Below, in pieces: positions 9,237 to 18,276 of a stretch of DNA of 64,000 bases (positions within the stretch are counted from its first letter, which is position 1; every line of letters starts with the position of its first letter). The DNA is taken from NCBI GenBank assembly GCA_964360025.1, contig CAYHUD010000002.1, forward strand, positions 3,602 to 67,601. The letters are read 5' to 3'. The translations under genes and the position numbers were made by a program. This DNA is from an uncultured Candidatus Saccharibacteria bacterium (GTDB taxonomy: Bacteria > Patescibacteriota > Minisyncoccia > UBA6257 > JAUSGH01). Under the pieces are notes generated by a model. It ran no database searches and was not told the DNA's origin. It saw nothing but the letters and a program-made list of their open reading frames with translations.

Positions 9237-10298
9237 ATGCGTGGATTAAAGAAAAAAGTTTTCGTAGCCATGTCGGGAGGCGTGGACTCCTCGGTTGCGG
9301 CCGCTCTTTTAAGAGAGCGGGGATTTGACGTTACCGGGGTTTATATTAAGTGCTATAACCTAGACGGTTGTAGCGAGCGTGATGCCGAAGATGCTCGACG
9401 TGTAGCGGGGCAGCTTGATATTCCTTTTTATGTATTTGATTTAGAGAATGAATATAAGGAGCTGGTTGTGAAATATATGATTGCCGGATATAAGAAGGGA
9501 ATTACGCCCAATCCGGACGTGATGTGCAATAAAGAAATCAAGTTTGGCTTATTTTTTAAAAAAGCGCTAGCTTTGGGCGCCAATTATGTGGCGACGGGGC
9601 ACTATGTTCAGCTACGAAATACTAACAATTTTCGTAGCTTATTGGCGGCAAAAGACAAAAATAAAGATCAGTCTTATTTTTTATGGACGCTGACACAAAA
9701 ACAGCTGAAGCATTGTTTGTTTCCGATCGGAGAATATAAAAAACCAGAGGTAAGGCGGCTGGCTCATAAATTTGATCTTGTGACCGCGGAGAAAAAAGAC
9801 TCGCAGGGAATTTGTTTTTTAGGCAAGGTTTCCGCTTTTGATTTTCTGAGGAAATACATTCCGGAAAAACCCGGCAATATCCTAAATATTGCAGGGGAAG
9901 TTATCGGATGTCACCGCGGAGCGTATTTTTATACCATCGGTCAGCGTCACGGTTTGGGGCTAAGCGGAGGCGGACCATTTTATGTATCTGCTAAAAATGC
10001 GCGTAAAAATACCATCACTGTTGCCGTGGGTGACAAAGACCCCCTTCTATATAGTAAAGAAGTTTGTTTAACCGCCGTGAATTTTATACGCCCCATCATT
10101 CAACGTTCTTTATCCGCTATTCGTGTTAAGGCGCGGGTACGTTACCGCCAGCCATTGTGCGGGGCTAAGCTGATTAAAGATGGTAGTCGGTGGAAGCTGG
10201 GTTTTATGAAACCGGTGCGTTATGTGGCCGCAGGCCAATCAGCTGTATTTTATAATACTAAAGGAGAGATGCTAGGAGGGGGAGTTATCTGTGGTTAG
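9237..10298 (+). CDS. mnmA: tRNA-specific 2-thiouridylase
   Basis: PP-loop SGGVDSSV at the N-terminus, catalytic Cys regions (DVMCN, GICFLG), and a length typical for MnmA. Confidence 0.9.
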   Translation: MRGLKKKVFVAMSGGVDSSVAAALLRERGFDVTGVYIKCYNLDGCSERDAEDARRVAGQLDIPFYVFDLENEYKELVVKYMIAGYKKGITPNPDVMCNKEIKFGLFFKKALALGANYVATGHYVQLRNTNNFRSLLAAKDKNKDQSYFLWTLTQKQLKHCLFPIGEYKKPEVRRLAHKFDLVTAEKKDSQGICFLGKVSAFDFLRKYIPEKPGNILNIAGEVIGCHRGAYFYTIGQRHGLGLSGGGPFYVSAKNARKNTITVAVGDKDPLLYSKEVCLTAVNFIRPIIQRSLSAIRVKARVRYRQPLCGAKLIKDGSRWKLGFMKPVRYVAAGQSAVFYNTKGEMLGGGVICG

Positions 10299-10375
10299 TG
10301 GCGGGTTCATTTGTGACTCCCGTATCCCGATCCAGGTTAAATAAATAGGGAGATGTTTAATAAAGGAGAACCGAC

Positions 10376-10954
10376 ATGCGTGTATTAGTCACGGCGGGAT
10401 CAACTCAGGTTCCAATAGATAAAGTAAGAACGATAGGGAACATTTTCAAGGGTCGGACGGGTGAGATGATCGCTCGCCATCTTAGTTTTTCTGGTTCCGA
10501 TGTGACTCTTTTGGCATCCAATCCGCCGGTTCTGGACTCCGTCGTCTCTAAAATCCGCGTTACCGCCTTTAGCACGTTTGAAGACCTTTTAAAATTAATG
10601 GAAAAAGAAATTCGTTATGGCCAATATGACGCGGTGATACACTCTGCCGCGGTAAGCGATTACGATGTTTCCCAGATATTGGATGAATCGCTTGTCCCTC
10701 TTGATCGTAGCGCCAAGATTTCTTCTTCGCACAAAGTTGTTTATCTCAAGATGTCGCGGACTCCGAAGATTATTGATTTGATCCGTGATCCCTGGGGCTT
10801 TGGGGGTATATTGGCAAAGTTCAAGCTGGTGATTTTAACTGGCCGCGGCGCGCCCCTATCTTTTATCAAAAAAGCCGATCTTGTTACGGAAACAAAGGAA
10901 ATCAAACACCCTTTTAAAAAAGGCGGCCTTGCCAAGATTGTTGTAGAATTTTAA
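10376..10954 (+). CDS. Phosphopantothenate-cysteine ligase (CoaB/DFP C-terminal domain)-like protein, stand-alone
   Basis: VTAGSTQVPIDKVRTIGNIFKGRTGEMIA parallels the CoaB ITAGPTxEPIDPVRxIxNxSSGKMG motif. SAAVSDY parallels AAAVADY. Confidence 0.55.
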   Translation: MRVLVTAGSTQVPIDKVRTIGNIFKGRTGEMIARHLSFSGSDVTLLASNPPVLDSVVSKIRVTAFSTFEDLLKLMEKEIRYGQYDAVIHSAAVSDYDVSQILDESLVPLDRSAKISSSHKVVYLKMSRTPKIIDLIRDPWGFGGILAKFKLVILTGRGAPLSFIKKADLVTETKEIKHPFKKGGLAKIVVEF

Positions 10955-11008
10955 TAATTGCAATTTAATGGATTTTATTGTATTATCGGTTGAACACTAG
11001 ATTGTTCT

Positions 11009-11737
11009 TTGAGGAGACGAGGGATGAAGTGGTGGCAGACGATCAGTGAGTTTTTCGGTTGGCAAGAGGATGTTGGTTTAGACAGAGTAAGAGCGGAAAA
11101 ATTCCTTGACGAGTTCTGGGGTGGTGGCAAACCGTTACAAATTGATCTTTACGGATATATAGAGAGGTTTGTTAAGAAAGAAGTTGATCCGCTGAAATTG
11201 CCCAACTATTCTATTGCGACGCTTCGTAGGGGTTTGAAAAATTGTCCGAACGATTTTCGCAGAATAGCTTTTGATGCGGAATATAATTTAATCCTTCTCG
11301 CGCCGATGGGATTTTGGAAAAGACCTCGCGCGATCGCCTGCATTGGTTTCAATATAGATGCTTATGACGAAGAGGTAGTTATCATCAAACAACTTCAAGC
11401 GGCCGCGCAGGAGGGGTTAAGAAACTCTCATATTGAATTCTATGAGTTCACCAGAGAATCTTTAAGGGGGATTAAGTGGGAGAGGATGCTTGTCGCGATT
11501 TTGTTGGATCTAGTGTTTGAAAAAGGATTTAAAAGAGTAGAAATGATTAGAGCCGAACAGTCAAAGTGGTATGCGTATCCTTATAACCCGATTAGCACCG
11601 CCGCCGACATCAGGAGTCGGATGAAAATGCGATATGACGTGACCGCAAAACGTATGGGGTTTGACGATCGTGGAGAGATGTTTGTAATTACAAAGGAGAA
11701 TTACGAAGCTCGAAATCGGAAAAGGGCGGACAAGTAG
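11009..11737 (+). CDS. Hypothetical protein (possibly an acyl-CoA N-acyltransferase-like fold)
   Basis: The ORF is followed by a strong intrinsic terminator. I recognise no confident family. An alternative start is the Met at 11024. Confidence 0.6.
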   Translation: MRRRGMKWWQTISEFFGWQEDVGLDRVRAEKFLDEFWGGGKPLQIDLYGYIERFVKKEVDPLKLPNYSIATLRRGLKNCPNDFRRIAFDAEYNLILLAPMGFWKRPRAIACIGFNIDAYDEEVVIIKQLQAAAQEGLRNSHIEFYEFTRESLRGIKWERMLVAILLDLVFEKGFKRVEMIRAEQSKWYAYPYNPISTAADIRSRMKMRYDVTAKRMGFDDRGEMFVITKENYEARNRKRADK

Positions 11738-11760
11738 GAGCTTGTCCGCCTTCTTTTTTT
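11725..11760 (+). terminator. Rho-independent terminator
   Basis: Perfect 10-bp stem GGCGGACAAG / CTTGTCCGCC with a 6-nt loop, followed by TTCTTTTTTT. Confidence 0.85.
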
Positions 11761-11776
11761 AAAATAGTATTCTGAT

Positions 11777-13192
11777 ATGCCAGTTCATAATGCCGCTTTT
11801 TATGCGGCACTGTTTTTTATTCTAGGTATTGCGCTGGGAAGTTTTACCGCCGGACTTGCCGGGAGATATTTTTTGGTCGCGGTATTTGTCTTGGTAACCG
11901 GCGTCGCGCTTTATTTTTTAAATAAAAAACACCTCGCCGCGTTAGCTATTTTTATGCTCATCGGGTGCGGCTATTACTTTGCAGATGATGCCGGGGCGAA
12001 AAGCGCGGAGATTATTTATAATAGAGACGTTTCTTTTGAGGGCGTGGTACGAAAGTCGGAACTGACCGAAAACGGCCAGGATATTTTTGTGGGAAATATT
12101 AAACTATATGCCGGCAGATATCCTTCTTATGAGTATGGCGACCGGCTGTCTCTGCAAGGAAAAATTCAAGAGCCTCAAGAAGAATACAAAAATTACTTTT
12201 TAAAAGACGGTATTTTGGGAACAATGCGCAACCCTAAGATAATTCTTGTGGGAATTAACGCCGGTAACCCCATTAAGGCATCACTTTTGAAAATCAAATC
12301 AAAAGCTGAAAATACTTTTAAGGCATTGTTGCCCTATGACGAAGCTTTATTTTTAGGAGGGCTTGTTTTAGGCTCAAAAGCTGATTACTCGCGCGAGTTT
12401 AGAGAGACTCTTTCTCGTAGCGGTACTACGCATCTTGTGGCTCTTTCGGGATATAACATCAGCGTCATCGCCAAAGGCGTCGCGTTTTTCTTCGCGTTAG
12501 TTTTTTCCCGCAGCGCCACTTTTTTTATATCCCTAATTTTTATCTTTTTATTTGTGATTATGACCGGAGCCGAGGCCTCGGTTACGCGCGCCGGCTTTAT
12601 GGGCGCTATCGCGCTTCTCGCCAATCAAACAGGTCGTGTCTATAGTTTTAAAAACGCCGCGGTGATCGCGGCCCTTTTTATGCTTTTGGAGAATCCCAAG
12701 ATTTTGGTTTTTGATTTGGGTTTTCAGTTGTCTTTCGCCGCGCTTTTAGGCATTGTTTATCTGGAGCCGGTTATCGGTAAAGTTTTTCGTTTGAAGCGCG
12801 AGCCCGGATTTTTAGCTTGGCGGGAAAATTTTAAAACTACGCTCGCCGCCCAGCTCGCTGTTTTCCCGATTTTAATAATGAAGTTCGGTGTTGTTTCTCT
12901 AAGCGGAATTGTATCCAACATTTTAATTCTGGGCTTGATTCCGTGGACCATGTTTTTTGGTTTTTTGATGGGAATTTTCGGTTTCATTTCGCATTATTTG
13001 TCGTGGCTCTTGGGTTTTATTGTGGCGCCCATCCTCTCTTATGAACTTATGATTATAGAATTTTTTAGTAAGTTTGGATATTTTTCCGAAATTAATCTGA
13101 GCATTTCTTTTGCGATTATCTATTACGTGATTTTGTTTATTGTTATCGCCCATGTTAAAAGAAGGGAAGTCCTTGAAATAGGAAAAATATAA
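11777..13192 (+). CDS. comEC: DNA internalisation competence protein ComEC/Rec2, polytopic membrane competence domain
   Basis: Many TM helices, and the ComEC competence-domain signature LVALSGYNISVIA (corresponding to HLLAISGLH). It ends at a TAA, 3 nt before the MBL-domain ORF in the same frame. Confidence 0.8.
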   Translation: MPVHNAAFYAALFFILGIALGSFTAGLAGRYFLVAVFVLVTGVALYFLNKKHLAALAIFMLIGCGYYFADDAGAKSAEIIYNRDVSFEGVVRKSELTENGQDIFVGNIKLYAGRYPSYEYGDRLSLQGKIQEPQEEYKNYFLKDGILGTMRNPKIILVGINAGNPIKASLLKIKSKAENTFKALLPYDEALFLGGLVLGSKADYSREFRETLSRSGTTHLVALSGYNISVIAKGVAFFFALVFSRSATFFISLIFIFLFVIMTGAEASVTRAGFMGAIALLANQTGRVYSFKNAAVIAALFMLLENPKILVFDLGFQLSFAALLGIVYLEPVIGKVFRLKREPGFLAWRENFKTTLAAQLAVFPILIMKFGVVSLSGIVSNILILGLIPWTMFFGFLMGIFGFISHYLSWLLGFIVAPILSYELMIIEFFSKFGYFSEINLSISFAIIYYVILFIVIAHVKRREVLEIGKI

Positions 13193-13195
13193 ACT

Positions 13196-14035
13196 ATGCC
13201 CAATTTTTTCAACGCCAAAGATTTAGTAAAAATAGTTTTGTTTTTGTTTCTGCTCAATGCCTCTTTGTGGTATAAAGTCCTTGCTTTTTCGGCGCCTCAA
13301 GAAACAGAATATTATTTCTTGGATGTTGGCCAAGGCGATAGCCAGCTTATAATTTTCGGAGACGGGCGTGGCGAGACTATGCGTCTTTTGATTGACGGCG
13401 GTCCCGGATCTAAAGTTATAAGTTCTCTGGGGAAGATATTTGGCGTCGGAGACAAGTACATTGATTTGGTTTTAATGACTCATCCCCAGCTAGACCACTT
13501 TGGTGGTCTGATTGATGTTTTGCGCACTTATGAAGTGGGCGCATTTTTGGGAAGCGGCCGCGGCGCTTCTATTTCTGCTTACGGAGCGTTGATATCCGAA
13601 CTTAAAGAGCGCAATGTTCCTTATATTATACTTGATGAGGGTGATGAGATTAAATACAGAGAGACGAAAATCAATGTTTTGTCTCCGGCTCCGGAAAAAT
13701 TAAAAAGTAAAGAATTAAACGATACCACTATTGTTTTGCTGTCCGAAAGCAGTGGTGTCCGCGCGCTTTTCACAGGAGATATCGGGTTTAAAATAGAATC
13801 CGAGATTATGAAAAAATACGACATCAACGCGGATATTTTAAAAGTGCCTCATCATGGATCCAGATATTCTTCTGGGGCGAGTTTTTTAGCGGAAATTAGT
13901 CCTAAAGTGGCGGTGATTGGGGTCGGTAAAAATAGTTATGGCCATCCCACTGAAGATACGATTTCACGCATTCGGAAAGCGGGAGCTTTGCTTTATCGCA
14001 CGGATCGCGACGGCACGATTCACATTTCTCTATAA
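13196..14035 (+). CDS. Metallo-beta-lactamase fold protein corresponding to the ComEC C-terminal domain
   Basis: MBL motifs LMTHPQLDHFGG and KVPHHGS. An N-terminal hydrophobic anchor is present. The gene is in frame with comEC, separated by TAA plus one codon. Confidence 0.8.
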   Translation: MPNFFNAKDLVKIVLFLFLLNASLWYKVLAFSAPQETEYYFLDVGQGDSQLIIFGDGRGETMRLLIDGGPGSKVISSLGKIFGVGDKYIDLVLMTHPQLDHFGGLIDVLRTYEVGAFLGSGRGASISAYGALISELKERNVPYIILDEGDEIKYRETKINVLSPAPEKLKSKELNDTTIVLLSESSGVRALFTGDIGFKIESEIMKKYDINADILKVPHHGSRYSSGASFLAEISPKVAVIGVGKNSYGHPTEDTISRIRKAGALLYRTDRDGTIHISL

Positions 14036-14059
14036 AAAATCTCCGGAGGGTACCCGGAG

Positions 14060-14677
14060 TTAGGTTGTATTTTGGTGTTTCGGCGCTAGTACTTGGCGCG
14101 CCATCCAAATAGAGATGGGCGCGAGAGTTATGCCGCTAAGAACATCAACGACATAATGTTGCTTCACTAGTAATGTGGAAACGATGATGCTTGCGCCCCA
14201 AAAAACGAAGAACCAATAGAAGCGGCGGAGATATGGGGAGATTTGGAGGATCAGGATCGCTGTGATGGCAACATGGCTGCTGGGGAATGTATTATTGGGT
14301 GGATCGGCTACGTAATAGTAGGCGAGAAGTGCGTGCGACCAAGAGTCGCAGCTTTGAATTTCCGGTCTGGGATATGCGGAGGGGACAATTAGGTAAAAAC
14401 CAAACATTATTGTAAAAGCTATACAGGCGGCGAATATCGTTTCTATAGATTTTGAGATGGACACGGAGGAGATGAATACCGGCAAAAAGCAAAAAAGATG
14501 GAAGCTCATATATGCGAATATAGCTTCGGGGATGAAGGGTATTTGAGCGTCAATCGGCAGAAGAAACAGCGTTTTTGCCGAGCGGCCGAGGGTATACTCG
14601 GCAATACCAAAATAAACAGATGCGATTATGCCGAAAACTCCGGCAAAGAGCAGCAGCTTTTTTGCGGCTATCCACAT
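14060..14677 (-). CDS. PAP2-family membrane phosphatase
   Basis: PAP2 motif equivalents are present: RP, PSSH, and QHYVVDV (SRxxxxxHxxxD-like), embedded in a polytopic membrane protein. Confidence 0.6.
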   Translation of the reverse strand: MWIAAKKLLLFAGVFGIIASVYFGIAEYTLGRSAKTLFLLPIDAQIPFIPEAIFAYMSFHLFCFLPVFISSVSISKSIETIFAACIAFTIMFGFYLIVPSAYPRPEIQSCDSWSHALLAYYYVADPPNNTFPSSHVAITAILILQISPYLRRFYWFFVFWGASIIVSTLLVKQHYVVDVLSGITLAPISIWMARQVLAPKHQNTT

Positions 14678-14777
14678 AAATCCGCCCTCAATATCAATGT
14701 TCTTTTGCTGTTACCACCTTATCATAGTGACTTGCGTTATTCAATTCAAGCGTACATTCTATATTAAAGCTCCTTGA

Positions 14778-15608
14778 TTGTGGGAGGGGTCAATGAACAT
14801 TTACATATTAACCAGCGGTTTTACGCCTTTTACAGATATTCTTTTGGGTGGTGTCATTGCCGCCCATCATGAGCATATCGGGGGTATCATCGTTGAAGAC
14901 CAAGCAGAAAATCTTGAAACCCTCACGTTTGAATGGCGCCTCTTAAGGAAAGCCGGACTTCGTTTTGTTATTTATCGGTTGGTAGAAAGAACATTTTACT
15001 GTCTCACATTGCTCGTAAAAAGAATACTTCGCAAACGACAGCTTCAAAACGGCCGCGAGTTGGCGAGAAAATACGGCATACGCATATCGGAAACAGCCGA
15101 TGTTGAGTCGTCGCGTTTCAGAAGATTTTTCCGCGAACAAAAACCGGATCTTATTTTGCTTGTCGGTTATACCAACATTCTGACTAAGAAGTTCTTGCGG
15201 ATTCCGAAAATCGGCACCCTCGGTTTTCACGGTGGGATTTTGCCGTATTATAGGGGATTATTTCCGCTTTTCTATGCGCTGATGTACAGAGCCGAGATTT
15301 ATGGCGCGAGTCTGTATGAGGTGGAAAGAAAAATTCATAGCGGTAAAGTTGTCGGACATATGGAGTTGCCTGTATGCAAAAAGAAAAGCCTTGCCCACCA
15401 TAATTTTCAGCTTCATCGTCGTGGGCGCGAGTGGCTGCGCGGTATGCTGGGCAGGGTTATCAAGCACGGCAACATCTTCTATGAACCACCCGCTGAAAAT
15501 GGAGGATTCTTCGGTTTCCCAACCAAGGTCAAGGTTAGAAGGTTTAGAAGAAGGGTTGGTTGTATGATGCGAGTTGAGGATTTCAGAGAGATTTGGAACA
15601 ATCTCTAG
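14778..15608 (+). CDS. Formyltransferase-family protein (Fmt/PurN-like N-terminal fold)
   Basis: DLILLVGYTNILTKKFL...GTLGFHGGILPYYRG matches the formyl-transferase catalytic core (HxSLLPxxRG). Confidence 0.65.
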   Translation: MWEGSMNIYILTSGFTPFTDILLGGVIAAHHEHIGGIIVEDQAENLETLTFEWRLLRKAGLRFVIYRLVERTFYCLTLLVKRILRKRQLQNGRELARKYGIRISETADVESSRFRRFFREQKPDLILLVGYTNILTKKFLRIPKIGTLGFHGGILPYYRGLFPLFYALMYRAEIYGASLYEVERKIHSGKVVGHMELPVCKKKSLAHHNFQLHRRGREWLRGMLGRVIKHGNIFYEPPAENGGFFGFPTKVKVRRFRRRVGCMMRVEDFREIWNNL

Positions 15609-15612
15609 GACG

Positions 15613-15644
15613 CCGTCCCATGAAATGGGGCGGATTTTTTATTT
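15613..15644 (+). terminator. Rho-independent terminator after the formyltransferase gene
   Basis: An 8-bp stem CCGTCCCA / TGGGGCGG (one G-U pair) with loop TGAAA, followed by ATTTTTTATTT. Confidence 0.7.
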
Positions 15645-15672
15645 GCGGCGAGGTGGTTTTTTTGATAATCTG

Positions 15673-17094
15673 ATGAGGATGAGGACTTTAATCAAAGATA
15701 TTATTTTAAAAGAAGGGGAGGATGTTGTTTTGTCTGGATATGTCGCGGCTCGGCGCGATCACGGCAAAATTATTTTTATTGATTTGCGTGACCGTAGCGG
15801 CGAGTGCCAGCTGGTTTTTGTGGGTAAAGAACTTTACGCGCAAGCAGATCTTTTGCGTTCCGAATGGGTCGTTTCCATAAAAGGCAAGGTCAATAAGCGT
15901 CCGCCGGCGATGGTTAATAAAAATATTCTGACAGGCGAATACGAGATTTTGGTTGAAAGTTTTGAAGTTTTAAATGAAGCTAAAACACCGCCATTTGAAG
16001 TGGCGTCGTCCGGTTATGATATCGGCGAGGATGTGCGCATGAAATATCGCTATATTGATTTGCGTCGTCCGCGTTTGCAAAAAAATATTCGTAACCGTTT
16101 TAAGATGTTGAAGTTTATGCGTGATTTTTTAAGCGAGCGGGATTTCGTGGAGATTGAAACGCCGATCCTTTCTAAATCCACTCCGGAAGGGGCGCGGGAT
16201 TATTTGGTGCCCTCTCGTCTGTATGGTGGCAAATTTTATGCTCTTCCGCAGTCACCCCAGCAGTATAAACAGCTTCTCATGGCCTCCGGTTTTGAGCGTT
16301 ATTTTCAGGTAGCAAGGTGTTTTAGAGATGAGGACACCAGAGGCGACCGTCAGCCGGAGTTTACCCAGCTGGATCTGGAGATGAGCTATGTTGAGGAAAA
16401 CGACGTGATGGGTCTTGTAGAAGAAATGATGATTGGGGTAGTGAAGAATCTTTATCCCGGAAAACGCATCCAACAGGTTCCCTTCCCGCGCATTAGTTAC
16501 GCTGAAGCAATAGAAAAATACAAAACTGATAGGCCGGATATCAGAGAAGATAAAAAAGACCCCAATTTACTCGCTTTTTGCTGGGTAGTGGATTTTCCGT
16601 TTTTTTCCGCCGAAGGCGGATCCGCCTCCGGCGGAGAGAAAACAAAATGGACTTTCACCCACAACCCATTTTCCAAACCTAAACCGGAACATGAGGAGTT
16701 TTTGATGAAAAAAGAAAAAATCGGCGAAATTTTGACTACGCAGTACGACATTGTTTTAAACGGTTTTGAGGTTGGCGGGGGAAGTATTAGAAATCATCGC
16801 CTCGAAGCGCTAAAAAAAGTCTTTGAAATTATGGGTTTTACCGAAGAAAAAATTATTAGCGATTTCGGGCATATGCTGGATGCCCTGGGAAGCGGAGCTC
16901 CGCCGCATGGCGGCATCGCTCCGGGAGTTGATCGCTTGGTGATGATTTTGGAAAATGAACCCAATATCCGTGAAGTGATTGCATTTCCCAAAACCGGAGA
17001 CGCGCGGGACTTGATGATGGACGCCCCGAGCGAGGTTTCCAAAGAACAGCTTAAGGAATTGAGTTTAGAAATTAAAAATAAAAAATCAAAATAA
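15673..17094 (+). CDS. aspS: Aspartyl-tRNA synthetase
   Basis: N-terminal OB fold, class II motifs (FRDED, GGGSIR) and QLD. The tracked ORF starts at 15574, but the Met at 15673 (MRMRTL) lies past the upstream terminator. Confidence 0.9.
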   Translation: MRMRTLIKDIILKEGEDVVLSGYVAARRDHGKIIFIDLRDRSGECQLVFVGKELYAQADLLRSEWVVSIKGKVNKRPPAMVNKNILTGEYEILVESFEVLNEAKTPPFEVASSGYDIGEDVRMKYRYIDLRRPRLQKNIRNRFKMLKFMRDFLSERDFVEIETPILSKSTPEGARDYLVPSRLYGGKFYALPQSPQQYKQLLMASGFERYFQVARCFRDEDTRGDRQPEFTQLDLEMSYVEENDVMGLVEEMMIGVVKNLYPGKRIQQVPFPRISYAEAIEKYKTDRPDIREDKKDPNLLAFCWVVDFPFFSAEGGSASGGEKTKWTFTHNPFSKPKPEHEEFLMKKEKIGEILTTQYDIVLNGFEVGGGSIRNHRLEALKKVFEIMGFTEEKIISDFGHMLDALGSGAPPHGGIAPGVDRLVMILENEPNIREVIAFPKTGDARDLMMDAPSEVSKEQLKELSLEIKNKKSK

Positions 17095-17095
17095 T

Positions 17096-17698
17096 ATGAA
17101 ATTAAAAGAAGAGCAAACACTGGTGATGGTTAAGCCGGACGGCATACAGAGGAGTTTAATCGGGGAGATTATTCGCCGCTTTGAAAGAAGCGGATTAAAG
17201 CTTGCGGGTGTGAAAATGGTAGTACCCACCCCCGCCATGATAGAAAAACATTATTTGGTTAATCCCGAGTGGCGCCGCATTACCGGAGAAAAAACTATTG
17301 AGTCATATAGAAAAAAGGGTAAAAAGCCACCCACTGAAGATCCTTATAAAATGACGGAGATTATTTTAAAAAATCTTAAGAAGTATATGTCCGCGGGACC
17401 GGTAGTGGCTATGGTCTGGCGGGGAATCCATGCTGTTGGCATTGTGCGGAAGCTCGTCGGCGGCACAGAACCTCTAACATCGGACGTTGGGACTATTCGC
17501 GGTGATTTCACGATTGACTCCTATGAATTTTCAGATGTTACGGGTCGGGCTGTTAGGAACCTTGTTCACGCATCGGGTAATGTTGATGAAGCCGAAAAAG
17601 AGATTAGCTTATGGTTTAAAAAAGACGAGATTGTAAATTATCGTCTGGTTGGCGAAGCAATTCTTTACGACGTTAATCTGGATGGTATTTTAGAATAA
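17096..17698 (+). CDS. ndk: Nucleoside diphosphate kinase with a roughly 45-aa internal insertion
   Basis: TLVMVKPDGIQRSLIGEIIRRFE and the NLVHASG active-site His region. At 200 aa it is longer than the usual roughly 140-150. Confidence 0.85.
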   Translation: MKLKEEQTLVMVKPDGIQRSLIGEIIRRFERSGLKLAGVKMVVPTPAMIEKHYLVNPEWRRITGEKTIESYRKKGKKPPTEDPYKMTEIILKNLKKYMSAGPVVAMVWRGIHAVGIVRKLVGGTEPLTSDVGTIRGDFTIDSYEFSDVTGRAVRNLVHASGNVDEAEKEISLWFKKDEIVNYRLVGEAILYDVNLDGILE

Positions 17699-17748
17699 TA
17701 AAATAAACGCGAAGTTGCGGGCCGGTTCCCGCGCTGAATGGTCTAGAA

Positions 17749-18276
17749 ATGTCTAGCGTGATTATGAAATCGGAACAAACATTTATTGTTGATTACGCTT
17801 ATGGATTCAATATTTCTACCTGTGAGCCTAATTATGTAGCTCGAGCGCGTATCAAAGCAGGACTGCGCGCGCTTAAAAAATACCCTGATGCCCACATTAT
17901 CTTGGGCGCAGGAATGAAAGAAAAAACAGGAGACTGCGGGCCATTGGCGGCAATAATGGAGCATTTTTTAATAGAAGAAGGAGTTGTGTCTCAAAAAATT
18001 TTTCTTAATCCGGAGGGTTACGATACCGTAACCGAGACGGAAGCTGTTTACGATATCGTCTTAAAACACGGCAACGGTAGGATTATTTGTGCTACTTCTT
18101 CGTTTCACGCGCCCCGCGTTTGGCTTATTTGGCTGTGTCGTTTTGGGCGTATGCCGCGGATTTATACAACGCATCTAAAAACTCCATGGTTTGAGTATTT
18201 ACACGAAGTTATTAAAATTACCACCGATATCGCAAGATCATTAATTAAGAGGATAGCGTCTCTAAGATTTTTTTAA
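17749..18276 (+). CDS. DUF218/YdcF-like protein
   Basis: ILGAG...ICATSSFHAPRV resembles the YdcF/SanA family core. Confidence 0.5.
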   Translation: MSSVIMKSEQTFIVDYAYGFNISTCEPNYVARARIKAGLRALKKYPDAHIILGAGMKEKTGDCGPLAAIMEHFLIEEGVVSQKIFLNPEGYDTVTETEAVYDIVLKHGNGRIICATSSFHAPRVWLIWLCRFGRMPRIYTTHLKTPWFEYLHEVIKITTDIARSLIKRIASLRFF

